A stretch of 64,000 nucleotides of DNA from an uncultured Actinomycetota bacterium (GCA_963739465.1 CAVUAS010000005.1:218261-282260); one strand, 5' to 3'; counted from the stretch's first letter, positions 51,621 through 61,407 are shown. Made by a program: numbers and translations. The notes: generated by a model from the sequence alone, not told the origin.

Positions 51621-53492
51621 GTGTTGCAGGGCCCGGACGACAGCGCCGCCGACGGGGCCGACGATCTCGCCGTATTCGTCGAACGCCTCGCCGCGGCAGG
51701 CTCGGATGCCGCCACCGCGAAGGCCAGGGAGCAGATCCGGCGCTCGATCGCGGCCGCCGCCGTGCCGCCCGGCCTGCGCCACCTCGCCGAGGCGTTGGCC
51801 GCCACCCTCACCGAGACCCCCGCGCCACGCAAGCCCGCCGAGGACGCCGCGACCGTCGTCGCCGCGATGCGCGTCTCGCCGCTCGCGATCCTTCAGGACT
51901 TCGACCCGTCCGCGGTCGCCGGAGCCGTGGCCACCCTCGTCGGCGACGGCCGCCGCTTGCTCGTCACCGCCGCCACCGCCGACGAGCTGGCCGCCGTCCG
52001 TGCGGTGCTGCGGCCCGACGTCGCCGACCGCGGGCTCGACACCCTCCCCGACCTCACGCCTGCGGAGCTGCGCGAGCTGCGCAGGCTCCTCGTCACCGGC
52101 ACGCCCGAGCGCGCGGCCCGCGCCAACCAACAGCTGCCCCCCGCCGACCGGGTGCCGCACCCCCGCGAGGTCGCCGCCCTGTGCGGGCAGGCGGAGCACA
52201 CCGCCCCGCCCGGCCCGGCCGCCGCCATGGTGCCCGAACTGCTGGCCGGGATCGATCGGACGCGGCGCGAGGCCGTCACCTCCGTCGCGCGCTACGTGCA
52301 CCGGTCACTGCGGGCGATGTACCCGCGCGCCGATCGCCAGTGGGCGTGGGACCTGCTCGGCGAGCTCATCTACTCCCGCCACCGGCCCGCCTTCGACCAG
52401 CTGCTCGAGGACACCGCCCAGGCCGTCGGCGCCTTGGAGCGGGCCCGGCACCTGCCGTCCGTCGCCGTGGTGGCACCCGTGCCCGCGGGCGCGCTGTCGA
52501 TCCTGCGCCGCTACGGCGAGTTCCTCTTCGGCGGCGGCCGCGCCCGGGCCTACCTGCGCGCGCCCGCCGAACGCCGCGACGCCCTGCCCGTTCTCCGCCT
52601 GCTGCGGGTCGACGGGCGGCCGCCGCAGACCGCCGAGGACGTGCGGCGCGGCGTCGAGCACCTGGAGCTCGGCGAGCGGCTCTCGCACATCGACCTCGGC
52701 TGCGCCGCTGTCGGCATCCCCGCGCCCCGCGACGAGCGGGAGCTCCAGGAGCTGGCCGACGGGCTGGTCCGGGTGGCCGCCGCGGCCCGCTCGGTCGGGG
52801 CGCTGCGCCACGACGTGCTCTTCCTCGCTGACGACTCCCCGCTCGCCGTGCCCGACGTCGACACGGCCGAGCAGGTGGCCGCGGCCATCCTGCACTACGC
52901 CGAGCACGGACCGCATGCCGATGCGGGCCGCCGTCTGGACCGCATGGCCGACGAGCTCGCCGCCGCCTGCCCCACCCTCGTGCCGACCGCCGAGCACGAG
53001 GCCGCCGTCCGGGCTCTTCGGGCGCACGACGCCACGGCCTACGCCGCCGCCGTCGAGACGCTCGGCGCCGCCCGACGGCAGGCCCAGGACGCGCGGCGAC
53101 AGATCGCGCTGCTCGACCGGCTGCAGGCGGGCGCCCCACGGCTGGCCGCGGCATGGATCGAGCTCGCCGCACGCGACCCCGCCGCGCTCGGCTTCGTCTG
53201 CATGCGGCCGATCGAGGCGCTCCTCACCGCGATGCCGGAGGCCGACACCGCCGACGTCGTCATGGTGCTCGGCGCGCACCGGCTCGGCGTCGAGCGGCTA
53301 CTGGTGGCCGCCGCGGCGCCGCGGCTCATCGTCGTCGTGCCGCCCGGCGCGGAACGGCAGCAGACCCCCACGGCGCTCAGCGTGCTGGAGCGGGCCGCTG
53401 CACCGGTGATCCGTGGCCGGGCCGCGACCGAGCGCAACGTCGTCCCGATCGGGCCCCGCCCGAAGCCCCGTCCGGACATCACGGTCGCCTGA
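51621..53492 (+). CDS. Degenerate superfamily-1 helicase-like protein
   Basis: GRRLLVTAAT and ADVVMVLGAH...APRLIVV resemble SF1 motifs Ia, II and III; GKT and DE are absent. Confidence 0.55.
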   Translation: MLQGPDDSAADGADDLAVFVERLAAAGSDAATAKAREQIRRSIAAAAVPPGLRHLAEALAATLTETPAPRKPAEDAATVVAAMRVSPLAILQDFDPSAVAGAVATLVGDGRRLLVTAATADELAAVRAVLRPDVADRGLDTLPDLTPAELRELRRLLVTGTPERAARANQQLPPADRVPHPREVAALCGQAEHTAPPGPAAAMVPELLAGIDRTRREAVTSVARYVHRSLRAMYPRADRQWAWDLLGELIYSRHRPAFDQLLEDTAQAVGALERARHLPSVAVVAPVPAGALSILRRYGEFLFGGGRARAYLRAPAERRDALPVLRLLRVDGRPPQTAEDVRRGVEHLELGERLSHIDLGCAAVGIPAPRDERELQELADGLVRVAAAARSVGALRHDVLFLADDSPLAVPDVDTAEQVAAAILHYAEHGPHADAGRRLDRMADELAAACPTLVPTAEHEAAVRALRAHDATAYAAAVETLGAARRQAQDARRQIALLDRLQAGAPRLAAAWIELAARDPAALGFVCMRPIEALLTAMPEADTADVVMVLGAHRLGVERLLVAAAAPRLIVVVPPGAERQQTPTALSVLERAAAPVIRGRAATERNVVPIGPRPKPRPDITVA

Positions 53493-53723
53493 CGCACCGT
53501 CACCGGGCGACCACGGTTGATCACCCGATCGGACGACAACCATTTCGGGTCTTATTGCCGGGTCGGAGTGTCGTCTCGGAATGTCGGATCGCGGAGCTAT
53601 TAACGCCAGGTTACTGAGCCGACTCGGTGAAAGCCGGCAATCGGTGAAACGGAGACCGTGCGGCAAGCGATAACTAGATGTGCGTCGCCTCGACGGCGCG
53701 CCATCGGAAAGAAAGGATTCACC

Positions 53724-53894
53724 ATGCACCCCTGCGTGATTCACCACCCCGGTCCGCGTCCCAAGCCCACTCCTCCCCCTCCCCACCACGGCGGCGGTCC
53801 GAGGCACGATGACGACCCCTGCAAGCGTCACCTGAAGAAGCACCACCACCGGAATCACCACCACAGGCCGCAGCCCAAGCACCACCACTGCTGA
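53724..53894 (+). CDS. 56-aa His/Pro/Cys-rich peptide
   Basis: AAAGGA RBS; 16 His and 3 Cys, including a C-terminal Cys. Confidence 0.7.
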   Translation: MHPCVIHHPGPRPKPTPPPPHHGGGPRHDDDPCKRHLKKHHHRNHHHRPQPKHHHC

Positions 53895-53904
53895 CACGGC
53901 GGTA

Positions 53905-53940
53905 AAGGCTTCGCTCCCGCGCTCGCGGGAGCGAAGCCTT
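53905..53940 (+). terminator. Perfect 16-bp stem-loop between the peptide and transporter genes
   Basis: AAGGCTTCGCTCCCGC-GCTC-GCGGGAGCGAAGCCTT. Confidence 0.8.
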
Positions 53941-53956
53941 CGGGGGACGGAGGCCG

Positions 53957-56542
53957 ATGACCGAAACCGCCGACGGCGACAATTCGGCGTTGGCCGAGCA
54001 CGCACCGCAGGTCCGGATCCGCACGATGTTTTCGCGGTTCTGGCCCGACACCCGCCCGTTCCGCGGCCGGATGTTCCTGAGCCTACTGCTCGTCCCCGTC
54101 TCGCCCGCTCTCGTCACGGCGAGCGTCTACCTGTTCAAGGTGCTGGTAGACGACGTGCTCACCCCGCACGACTACCACCTGTTCGTGCCGGTGGCGCTGG
54201 CCTACGTGGGCCTCACCGTGGTCGGCGGGGTGGTGAGCTTCGTCGACGAGTACCTCACCGCTTGGGTGGGTGAACGATTTGTCACGTCGCTGCGGATACG
54301 GCTCTTTGCGCATCTGCAGCGGCTGTCCGTCGGCTGGTTCGAACGACGACAGCTCGGCGACATCATCTCCCGCTTGACCGGCGACATCGCCGCCATCGAA
54401 CAACTGGTGCTCACCGGCGTCAACATGACGCTGACCTATACGTTCCAGCTGCTGTTCTTCGCGGGCACGATGTTTCTGCTGAACTGGCAGCTGACGTTGA
54501 CGTCGTTTGTTGCCGCGCCCGCATTCCTGCTGTTGTCGCGCGCATTTTCCCGGCGAATCCAGAGCGCGTCACGTGAGCGTCGGCGACGTTCCGGCTCTAT
54601 CACTTCGGTGGCCGAGGAAAACCTCGGAAACATCCCGCTCGTACAAGCGTACGACCGCGCTGACCACGAGGTGGAGCGCTTCGCCGAAGAGAACCGGGCC
54701 GCCTTCTCGGCGCAGATGCTGGCCATCCGACTCGAGGCGTTGTTCGGGCCGTTCAGCAGCGTTGTCGAGTGCATCGGCGTGCTCACGGTGATGGCGGTTG
54801 CCATCTATGAGCTCGCCCAAGGCGCGATCACCCTCGGCGGTCTCCTGGCCTTCCTGGCGTACCTGAGCCAGCTCTACGGGCCCGTCCAGGGCTTCGCCGG
54901 GCTCTCGAACATGGTGTTCGCCGCGTCGGCGAGCGCCGAGCGGATCATCGAGATGCTCGACGCGGATCCGGCCGTCGCCGAGCTGGAGCAGCCGCGCAGG
55001 CTGGACCGCGCCACCGGGGCGATCTGCTTCGAGAAGGTCTGGTTCACCTACGAGGGAACGGAACGACCCGCCCTGCGCGGGGTGGACCTGCGGTTCGCGC
55101 CCGGTCGCAAGATCGCGATCGTCGGGGCGAGCGGCGCCGGGAAGTCGACGTTGACGAAGCTCCTGCTGCGCAGCTACGACCCCGACCGCGGGCGCGTCAC
55201 CCTCGACGGGCGTGACCTGCGCTCGCTGTCCCTCTCCGACCTGCGCCGCAACATCAGCGCGGTGCTGCAGGAAACCCTCGTGTTCGACGGCACCGTCGCG
55301 GAGAACATCCGGTGGGGCAAGCCGGACGCCACCGACGCCGAGGTGCGCGCCGCCGCCGAAGCCGCCGACGCGCACGAGTTCATCACGCGGCTCGACGACG
55401 GCTACGACACCCGGGTCGGTCAGCGCGGCAGGCTGCTCTCCGGCGGCCAGCGCCAGCGCCTGGCCATTGCCCGCGCCATGATCCGCGACGCGCCGGTGCT
55501 GCTCCTCGACGAGCCGACCACTGGGCTGGATGCCGTGTCCGGGCGGCGGGTGCTCGCGCCGCTCCGCAGGCTGATGGCCGGTCGCACCACGATCATCATT
55601 TCGCACGACCTGCTCACGGTGACCGACGCCGACGAGATCGTCGTCCTCGAGGCGGGCGCCGTCAGCGCGGTCGGTACGCACGAGCGACTGCTGATCACGT
55701 CGCCGACCTACGCACAGCTCTACGCGCTCCATCACCCGTCCGCGCGGGCGGCGGCGACCCCCGCAGGTGCCGCGGCGGCGCCGCGCCCGCGGCCCGCCCC
55801 GCCTGCCCACCGTGCCCCCCGCCTGTCTGCTCCGCCGACGGCCCCGCCTCCTGCGGGGCGCCCCGTCCGGCGGGGTGTGCTCGCCGCGATGGTGGACGTC
55901 GCGACCACGCCGATCCGGATGGTCCGGCCCGCGGGGCCGCCCCGACCCCGTCCGCAGGCGCCCGCGCCGCCGCTGCCGTCAACCCCGCCGCGGCCCCTTC
56001 CGCACGCCGCCGCCGCGACCCCACCTACGCCGCCGCTGTCGTCCACGCCCCCGCGGCCCCTTCCGCGCGCCGCCGCCGCGACCCCACCTACGCCGCCGCT
56101 GTCGTGCCCGCCCCCGCGGCCCCTTGCACACGCCGCCGCGCCGATGCCGCCCAACCCGCCGCTGTCGTCCGCGTCGTCCGCCGCGTCGCTGTCGTCCGGG
56201 CCGTCCATCCCGCAGGCGTCCACCCCGCCGCCACCGTCCACCCCACCACCGACGCCGCCGATCTTCCCGTTCGCGCTCGCCACGACGCCGCTGCCGGTGG
56301 TCACGCGCGGCCGACACGCGCTTTCGCGGCCGCCCGCCGCCGAGCCGACGGCCGGGGCCGCCGTTCCCCCGCCGCACGACCGGCCTCCCCATTCCGCCGT
56401 CGAGACGCCCCCGGCCGTGCCGCCACCGCGCACCACTGCGTCCCACGCGGTCGGTTCCGCGCCGGTGACGGCCCCCGGCATCGCCCGCCCCCTGCCCGAC
56501 CCGCGAGCGCGCCACGAAGCCTTCGCAGGCCTCCCCGAGTAG
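53957..56542 (+). CDS. ABC exporter (TMD-NBD fusion) with long Pro-rich tail
   Basis: GASGAGKST, LSGGQRQRLAIARA, LLLDEPT; about 270-aa low-complexity tail. Confidence 0.93.
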   Translation: MTETADGDNSALAEHAPQVRIRTMFSRFWPDTRPFRGRMFLSLLLVPVSPALVTASVYLFKVLVDDVLTPHDYHLFVPVALAYVGLTVVGGVVSFVDEYLTAWVGERFVTSLRIRLFAHLQRLSVGWFERRQLGDIISRLTGDIAAIEQLVLTGVNMTLTYTFQLLFFAGTMFLLNWQLTLTSFVAAPAFLLLSRAFSRRIQSASRERRRRSGSITSVAEENLGNIPLVQAYDRADHEVERFAEENRAAFSAQMLAIRLEALFGPFSSVVECIGVLTVMAVAIYELAQGAITLGGLLAFLAYLSQLYGPVQGFAGLSNMVFAASASAERIIEMLDADPAVAELEQPRRLDRATGAICFEKVWFTYEGTERPALRGVDLRFAPGRKIAIVGASGAGKSTLTKLLLRSYDPDRGRVTLDGRDLRSLSLSDLRRNISAVLQETLVFDGTVAENIRWGKPDATDAEVRAAAEAADAHEFITRLDDGYDTRVGQRGRLLSGGQRQRLAIARAMIRDAPVLLLDEPTTGLDAVSGRRVLAPLRRLMAGRTTIIISHDLLTVTDADEIVVLEAGAVSAVGTHERLLITSPTYAQLYALHHPSARAAATPAGAAAAPRPRPAPPAHRAPRLSAPPTAPPPAGRPVRRGVLAAMVDVATTPIRMVRPAGPPRPRPQAPAPPLPSTPPRPLPHAAAATPPTPPLSSTPPRPLPRAAAATPPTPPLSCPPPRPLAHAAAPMPPNPPLSSASSAASLSSGPSIPQASTPPPPSTPPPTPPIFPFALATTPLPVVTRGRHALSRPPAAEPTAGAAVPPPHDRPPHSAVETPPAVPPPRTTASHAVGSAPVTAPGIARPLPDPRARHEAFAGLPE

Positions 56543-56720
56543 GCCGAGTGCGGTGTCCACCGACGTCCGCCGAGCCGCTCGCACGCCCAGACGACGACTC
56601 GCGGCGTTGCCGCCCTCGCGAATACGCCCGGTATGAGCTTCGGGCGGCGCCTTGCGAGTCGCCGCCTGCATCACGCGATCGACCCGGCAACGTTCGTGGA
56701 CACCGCACTAGTCTCAGGGC

Positions 56721-57305
56721 ATGGGCAGCACGCACGAGGTCAGCCGGTTCGGGCACGTCGAGCTCGCGGACATGCCCGACGACCTGCGGGAACGGATCGG
56801 CGTCATCGCGGAGAGGTCCGGCTTCGTGCCGAACGTGTTCCGCGCGCTGGCCCGCCGCCCCCGGGAGCTGCGGGCGTTCCTGGACTACCACGACGCGCTG
56901 ATGGACTCGGACGACGGCCTGTCGAAGGCCGAGCGCGAACTCGTCGTCGTCGCGACGTCCGGGGCCAACCACTGCACGTACTGCGTGGTCGCGCACGGGG
57001 CGATCCTGCGGGTGCGCACCAAGGACCCGGAGATCGCCGACCGGGTCGCCACCAATCCCTACGGCGTCGAGCTGTCCCGGCGAGAGCGCGCGATCGTCGA
57101 CCTCGCGCTGCTGATCGCGATGGAGTCGGCGTCGCTCACCGGCGCCGAGCTGGACGACGCGCGCGCCGCGGGCCTCACCGACGACGAGATCTGGGACATC
57201 GGCGCGATCACCGCGCTGTTCGCGATGTCCAACCGCCTAGCGCACCTCACGGCGCTGCGGCCCAACCCGGAGTTCTTCCTGATGGGGCGCACACCGCGCG
57301 GATGA
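56721..57305 (+). CDS. Peroxidase-related enzyme (AhpD/carboxymuconolactone decarboxylase family)
   Basis: GFVPNVF, ERELVVVATSGANHCTYCVVAHGA, FAMSNRLA. Confidence 0.9.
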   Translation: MGSTHEVSRFGHVELADMPDDLRERIGVIAERSGFVPNVFRALARRPRELRAFLDYHDALMDSDDGLSKAERELVVVATSGANHCTYCVVAHGAILRVRTKDPEIADRVATNPYGVELSRRERAIVDLALLIAMESASLTGAELDDARAAGLTDDEIWDIGAITALFAMSNRLAHLTALRPNPEFFLMGRTPRG

Positions 57306-57306
57306 G

Positions 57307-57939
57307 TCACGGGCAGCCGCCGCCGCTGTCGGTGGCACCACAGCCGCTCGACGAGCGGAACGGTTCCGCCGTTGACGGCGGCTTCGACGTGGGCGCAGGC
57401 TTCGTTGTCGCGGTCGGAGTCGTCGCGGTCGGAGTCGCCGGGGGCCGCGTCGACGGTGGCCGTGCGACCGGCCTCGACGTGGGCTGGGACGCCTCCCGAG
57501 GAGCGGGCGCCGAGGTCACCGCCGCTCCCGCCTCGCAGCCGACGCCGTTGTGGTCGGCGTCGAGGCCGTACACGTCCTTGCCGACGACCAGCACCGGCCC
57601 CGTCACGTAGGACGGGCCGTTGCCCGAGCCGCCCGCGCAGTCGACGTCGACCGGGTCGTCGGGCACGCACGGTGTGTAGTTGCGGTTGCAGCCGTTCTGC
57701 GCGACGTTCCGCGGCGGCACGTCATCGGCCTGAGCGACCGCCGGGCCGGGTGCGCCCCCGCCCACCGCCGAGGGTCCCGCCGCCACCTCGTCGACACCCG
57801 GCGACGTGCTCGTGACAACTCGTGTCGCCACTGCCGCTTCGTTCCGGGCGGGATTGTCGGCGTAGCCACTCTGAGCTGCGGGTACGCCGCACGCGACGAG
57901 CAACGCGGCGGGCCCGACGGCGAGCAGTACGCGGATCAC
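57307..57939 (-). CDS. Lipoprotein with Cys-rich, Excalibur-like Ca-binding domain
   Basis: LLVAC lipobox; CNRNYTPCVP.D..DVDCAGGSGNGP...DVYGLDAD.NGVGCE. Confidence 0.75.
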   Translation of the reverse strand: MIRVLLAVGPAALLVACGVPAAQSGYADNPARNEAAVATRVVTSTSPGVDEVAAGPSAVGGGAPGPAVAQADDVPPRNVAQNGCNRNYTPCVPDDPVDVDCAGGSGNGPSYVTGPVLVVGKDVYGLDADHNGVGCEAGAAVTSAPAPREASQPTSRPVARPPSTRPPATPTATTPTATTKPAPTSKPPSTAEPFRSSSGCGATDSGGGCP

Positions 57940-58053
57940 ACTCCGTGCATCGCCGAGACCTGCTGCCGTGTTGCACACCATCGAGTGAGGCGAGGGTTCC
58001 CGTTGCAACACGTCGAACATCTGCGGGTAACGCCTCATCGCGACGATCTACCC

Positions 58054-59142
58054 ATGTCAAACCTATTCGGACGCCGGGCGGCGATCGTCTCCTATCGACT
58101 CGGCGGGGCCGACGGGGTGTCGGTCACCGCAGGCCAATGGGTGTGCGCGCTCCGCAAATTGGGCATGCGGGTGCGCACGGTCGCGGGTGGCGGCAGGCCG
58201 GACGTGCTGGTTCGCGGCCTGGCGCTGGAGTCGAGGCGCCCGCCGTCGCGGCGGGAGCTGGCGCGCGCGCTGGGCGACGCCGACCTCGTCGTCGCCGACA
58301 ACATCTGCTCGCTGCCGATGAACCACGCCGTCGGCGAGGCGCTCGCGGACTACCTGCGCGGCAGGCCCGCCGTGCTGCGCCACCACGACCTGCCGTGGGA
58401 ACGCCCCCGATACGCCCACCTCACGAGCTGGCCGCCCGACGATCCGGCCTGGTGGCACGTCACGATCAACGAGCTCGCCCGCCACGCGCTCGCCGCCCGC
58501 CGCGGCATCGCCGCCACCACGATCTACCACGGCTTCGCCGAGCGCCCCCACCCCGAGCAGCGCGGGGCTGTCCGGCGACGGCTCAAGGTGCCCGACGCCC
58601 CGCTGGTGCTGCAGCCGACGCGGGCGATCGCGCGCAAGGGCATCGACGTCGGGCTCGCCCTCACCGCGGCCCTCGGCGGCACGTACTGGCTCACCGGCCC
58701 GGCCGAAGACGGCTATCAGGCCGAGCTCGACGCGCTCCTCGCGGGCGGCGGCGTGCCCTACCGACGACGGTTGCCGTTCGGCGTCCGGATGGCCGCCGCC
58801 TACGCCGCGTGCGACGTCGTCGCGATGCCCTCGTCGTGGGAGGGGTTCGGGCTGCCGCTGATCGAGGCCGCGCTGCACCGGCGCCCGGTCGCGGTCGGGG
58901 CGTTCCCGGTGGCGCAGGAGCTTGCCCGGTTCGGCTTCCGCTGGTTCGACGCCCGCGACCCCGGCCCGCTGCGGGCCCACCTCGCCGACCCCGATCCCGC
59001 GCTGGCCGCCCACAACGAGGCGATCGCGCACGCGCATTTCGGCATCGACGCGCTCGCCCGCCGCCTGGAGCTGCTGCTCTCCGGCGCGCCGATGTGCGCC
59101 CACTCCGGCGGGGAAGCGGTGTGCGCCTGCCTCACCGCCTGA
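58054..59142 (+). CDS. Glycosyltransferase family 4
   Basis: GGADGVSV, HHDLPWER, QPTRAIARKGI, PSSWEGFGLPLIEA. Confidence 0.88.
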   Translation: MSNLFGRRAAIVSYRLGGADGVSVTAGQWVCALRKLGMRVRTVAGGGRPDVLVRGLALESRRPPSRRELARALGDADLVVADNICSLPMNHAVGEALADYLRGRPAVLRHHDLPWERPRYAHLTSWPPDDPAWWHVTINELARHALAARRGIAATTIYHGFAERPHPEQRGAVRRRLKVPDAPLVLQPTRAIARKGIDVGLALTAALGGTYWLTGPAEDGYQAELDALLAGGGVPYRRRLPFGVRMAAAYAACDVVAMPSSWEGFGLPLIEAALHRRPVAVGAFPVAQELARFGFRWFDARDPGPLRAHLADPDPALAAHNEAIAHAHFGIDALARRLELLLSGAPMCAHSGGEAVCACLTA

Positions 59143-59147
59143 CCGGG

Positions 59148-59191
59148 TCGTGAGTGGAAAACGTCGCCATGGCGACGTTTTCCACTCACGA
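59148..59191. repeat. REP-like palindrome, copy 5 (perfect)
   Basis: TCGTGAGTGGAAAACGTCGCCATGGCGACGTTTTCCACTCACGA. Confidence 0.9.
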
Positions 59192-59198
59192 TGGCGGC

Positions 59199-59780
59199 GT
59201 GCCCCTGCCGAACCGCGTCGACCCCTACGGGGCGCTGCACGCCCTGTCGGAGCGGGGGCGCTTCACCGGCAACCGCGGCTGCCTCGTCGACGACGCGGGC
59301 CACTTCGTCCGCCACCACCGCGGCACACTGTGGATCACCTGCCGGACCAGGTTCCGCGGGCGGCGCGTCGGGCTCACCCGGCCGCGCCGGTGGACGCCGC
59401 TGTTCTTCCTCGACGACGCCGTGGCGCTGGCCGCCGGGCACCGGCCGTGTGGGGAGTGCAGGCACGCCGACTACCTCGCCTACCGCGAGGGCGTCGCGGC
59501 CGCGGCGGGCACGCCGATGCGCGCGGACGAGCTGAACCGACGGCTGGCCGCGGAGCGCGGCGCGCACGGGCGCCGCACGTGGACCGGCACCGACCTCCCC
59601 GACGGCACGGTCGTGATCACCGACGGGCCTCGCCTCGTCCGCGGCGACCTGCTGTACGCGTTCGCCTTCGCGGGCTGGCGCGACCCCGTCGCGCGCCCGA
59701 CCGGGCCGCTCACCGTGCTCACCCCGCCGACGTCCGTCGCGGCACTGCGCCACGGCTTCGTCCCGGACCTCGCCGCCTAG
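59199..59780 (+). CDS. Conserved hypothetical protein with Ada-like RPCxxC motif
   Basis: [37 protein letters not shown]. Confidence 0.75.
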   Translation: MPLPNRVDPYGALHALSERGRFTGNRGCLVDDAGHFVRHHRGTLWITCRTRFRGRRVGLTRPRRWTPLFFLDDAVALAAGHRPCGECRHADYLAYREGVAAAAGTPMRADELNRRLAAERGAHGRRTWTGTDLPDGTVVITDGPRLVRGDLLYAFAFAGWRDPVARPTGPLTVLTPPTSVAALRHGFVPDLAA

Positions 59781-60538
59781 AGCACCTTCGACAGGAACGC
59801 CTGCGTCCGGGCCTCGCGGGGGTTGGACAACACCTCCCGCGGCTCCCCGGCCTCGACGATCCGGCCGCCGTCCATGAAAACGAGGGTGTCACCGACCTCG
59901 CGGGCGAACCCCATCTCGTGCGTCACGACGAGCATCGTCATGCCCTCGCGCGCGAGCTGACGCATGACGTCGAGCACCTCGCCCACCAGTTCGGGGTCCA
60001 GCGCGGAGGTGGGCTCGTCGAACAGCATGAGCCGCGGCTCCATCGCCAACGCCCGCGCGATCGCCACCCGCTGCTGCTGGCCGCCGGAGAGCTGGTTGGG
60101 GTAGGCGTCCCGCTTGTCGGCCAGCCCCACCCGCTCCAGCAACGCCGCCGCCTGCCCGCGACACGCGCCGCGGGACTTCCGTTGCACGGTGCGCGGCCCC
60201 TCCATGACGTTTTCCGCCGCCGTCATGTGCGGGAACAGGTGGAAGCGCTGGAACACCATGCCGATGTGCCTGCGCTGGCGGGCGATCTCGGACTCCCGCA
60301 GCTCGTAGAGCTTGCCGTTGGCCTCGCGGTAGCCGATCAGATCGCCGTCGACGCGCATCGTGCCCGCGTTGATCCGCTCCAGGTGGTTGACGCAGCGCAG
60401 GAAGGTCGACTTGCCCGACCCGGACGGCCCGATGATGCACGCCACCTCGCGGGGCTGCACCACCATGTCGACCCCGCACAACACCTCCGTCGAGCCGAAG
60501 CTCTTGTGCACGCCCTCCGCCACGACCATCGGCGTCAT
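59777..60538 (-). CDS. Polar amino-acid ABC transporter ATP-binding protein
   Basis: [35 protein letters not shown]. Confidence 0.95.
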   Translation of the reverse strand: MTPMVVAEGVHKSFGSTEVLCGVDMVVQPREVACIIGPSGSGKSTFLRCVNHLERINAGTMRVDGDLIGYREANGKLYELRESEIARQRRHIGMVFQRFHLFPHMTAAENVMEGPRTVQRKSRGACRGQAAALLERVGLADKRDAYPNQLSGGQQQRVAIARALAMEPRLMLFDEPTSALDPELVGEVLDVMRQLAREGMTMLVVTHEMGFAREVGDTLVFMDGGRIVEAGEPREVLSNPREARTQAFLSKVL

Positions 60539-61404
60539 CAGCGTTCTCCGATCGCGAACCCGCGCCCGAAGCGGCGCTCGATGAACATCTGCCCCACCGA
60601 CAGCACCGATGTCAAGGCCAGGTACCAGAGGGCCGCGACGATGAGCAGCGGGATCGTCTGGAACGTGCGTGAGTAGATGGTCTGCACGGCCACCGTCAGC
60701 TCGAAGTACGCGATGACGACCACCAGCGAGGTCGTCTTGAGCATCGAGATCGTCTCGTTGCCGGTGGGCGGCACGATCACCCGCATCGCCTGCGGGAGCA
60801 CGATCCGGCGCAGCGTCTGTGTGCGTGACAGCCCCAGCGCCCCTGCGGCCTCGCTCTGCCCCGGGTCGACGGACTGGATCCCGCCGCGCACGATCTCGGC
60901 CATGTACGCGGCCTCGTTCAGCCCCAGGCCGAGCAGCGACGCGGCGAACACCGAGATGACGGCGTTGGTGTCGACCGAGACGAACGTCGGCCCGAACGGG
61001 ATGCCCAGACCCAGGCGCGGATAGAGCGACGCGAGGAAGTTCCAGAAGATCAGCTGGGTGATCAGCGGGGTGCCGCGGAAGAGCCAGATGTAGACCGCCG
61101 CCGCGCCCGCGAGCACCGGGTTGGGCGACAGCCGCATCACCGCGAGCAGCACGCCGCCGATGATCCCGATGGCCATCGAAAGCACGGTGAGGATCAGCGT
61201 GTTGCGCAGGCCGCGCAGAACGGGGTCGGAGAACAGGTACTGGCCGACGACGTCCCACTGGAAGTTCGGGTTCGTGACGAACGAGTGGATCAGCATCGCC
61301 ACCAGTACGGCGATCACGGCGACCCCGACCCAGCGGCCCGGATGCCGGACCGGCACGGCCTGGATGGGACGTGCTGGTCCGGCGTCGGTCTGGTCGGCGA
61401 CCAT
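60538..61404 (-). CDS. Polar amino-acid ABC transporter permease
   Basis: [25 protein letters not shown]. Confidence 0.95.
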   Translation of the reverse strand: MVADQTDAGPARPIQAVPVRHPGRWVGVAVIAVLVAMLIHSFVTNPNFQWDVVGQYLFSDPVLRGLRNTLILTVLSMAIGIIGGVLLAVMRLSPNPVLAGAAAVYIWLFRGTPLITQLIFWNFLASLYPRLGLGIPFGPTFVSVDTNAVISVFAASLLGLGLNEAAYMAEIVRGGIQSVDPGQSEAAGALGLSRTQTLRRIVLPQAMRVIVPPTGNETISMLKTTSLVVVIAYFELTVAVQTIYSRTFQTIPLLIVAALWYLALTSVLSVGQMFIERRFGRGFAIGER

Positions 61405-61407
61405 CGG

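Noticed and set aside
41500-57305. TldDE as dedicated maturase of the His-rich peptide
   Set aside because: About 10 kb apart with unrelated housekeeping genes in between; TldDE is widespread, so there is no sequence evidence of linkage.
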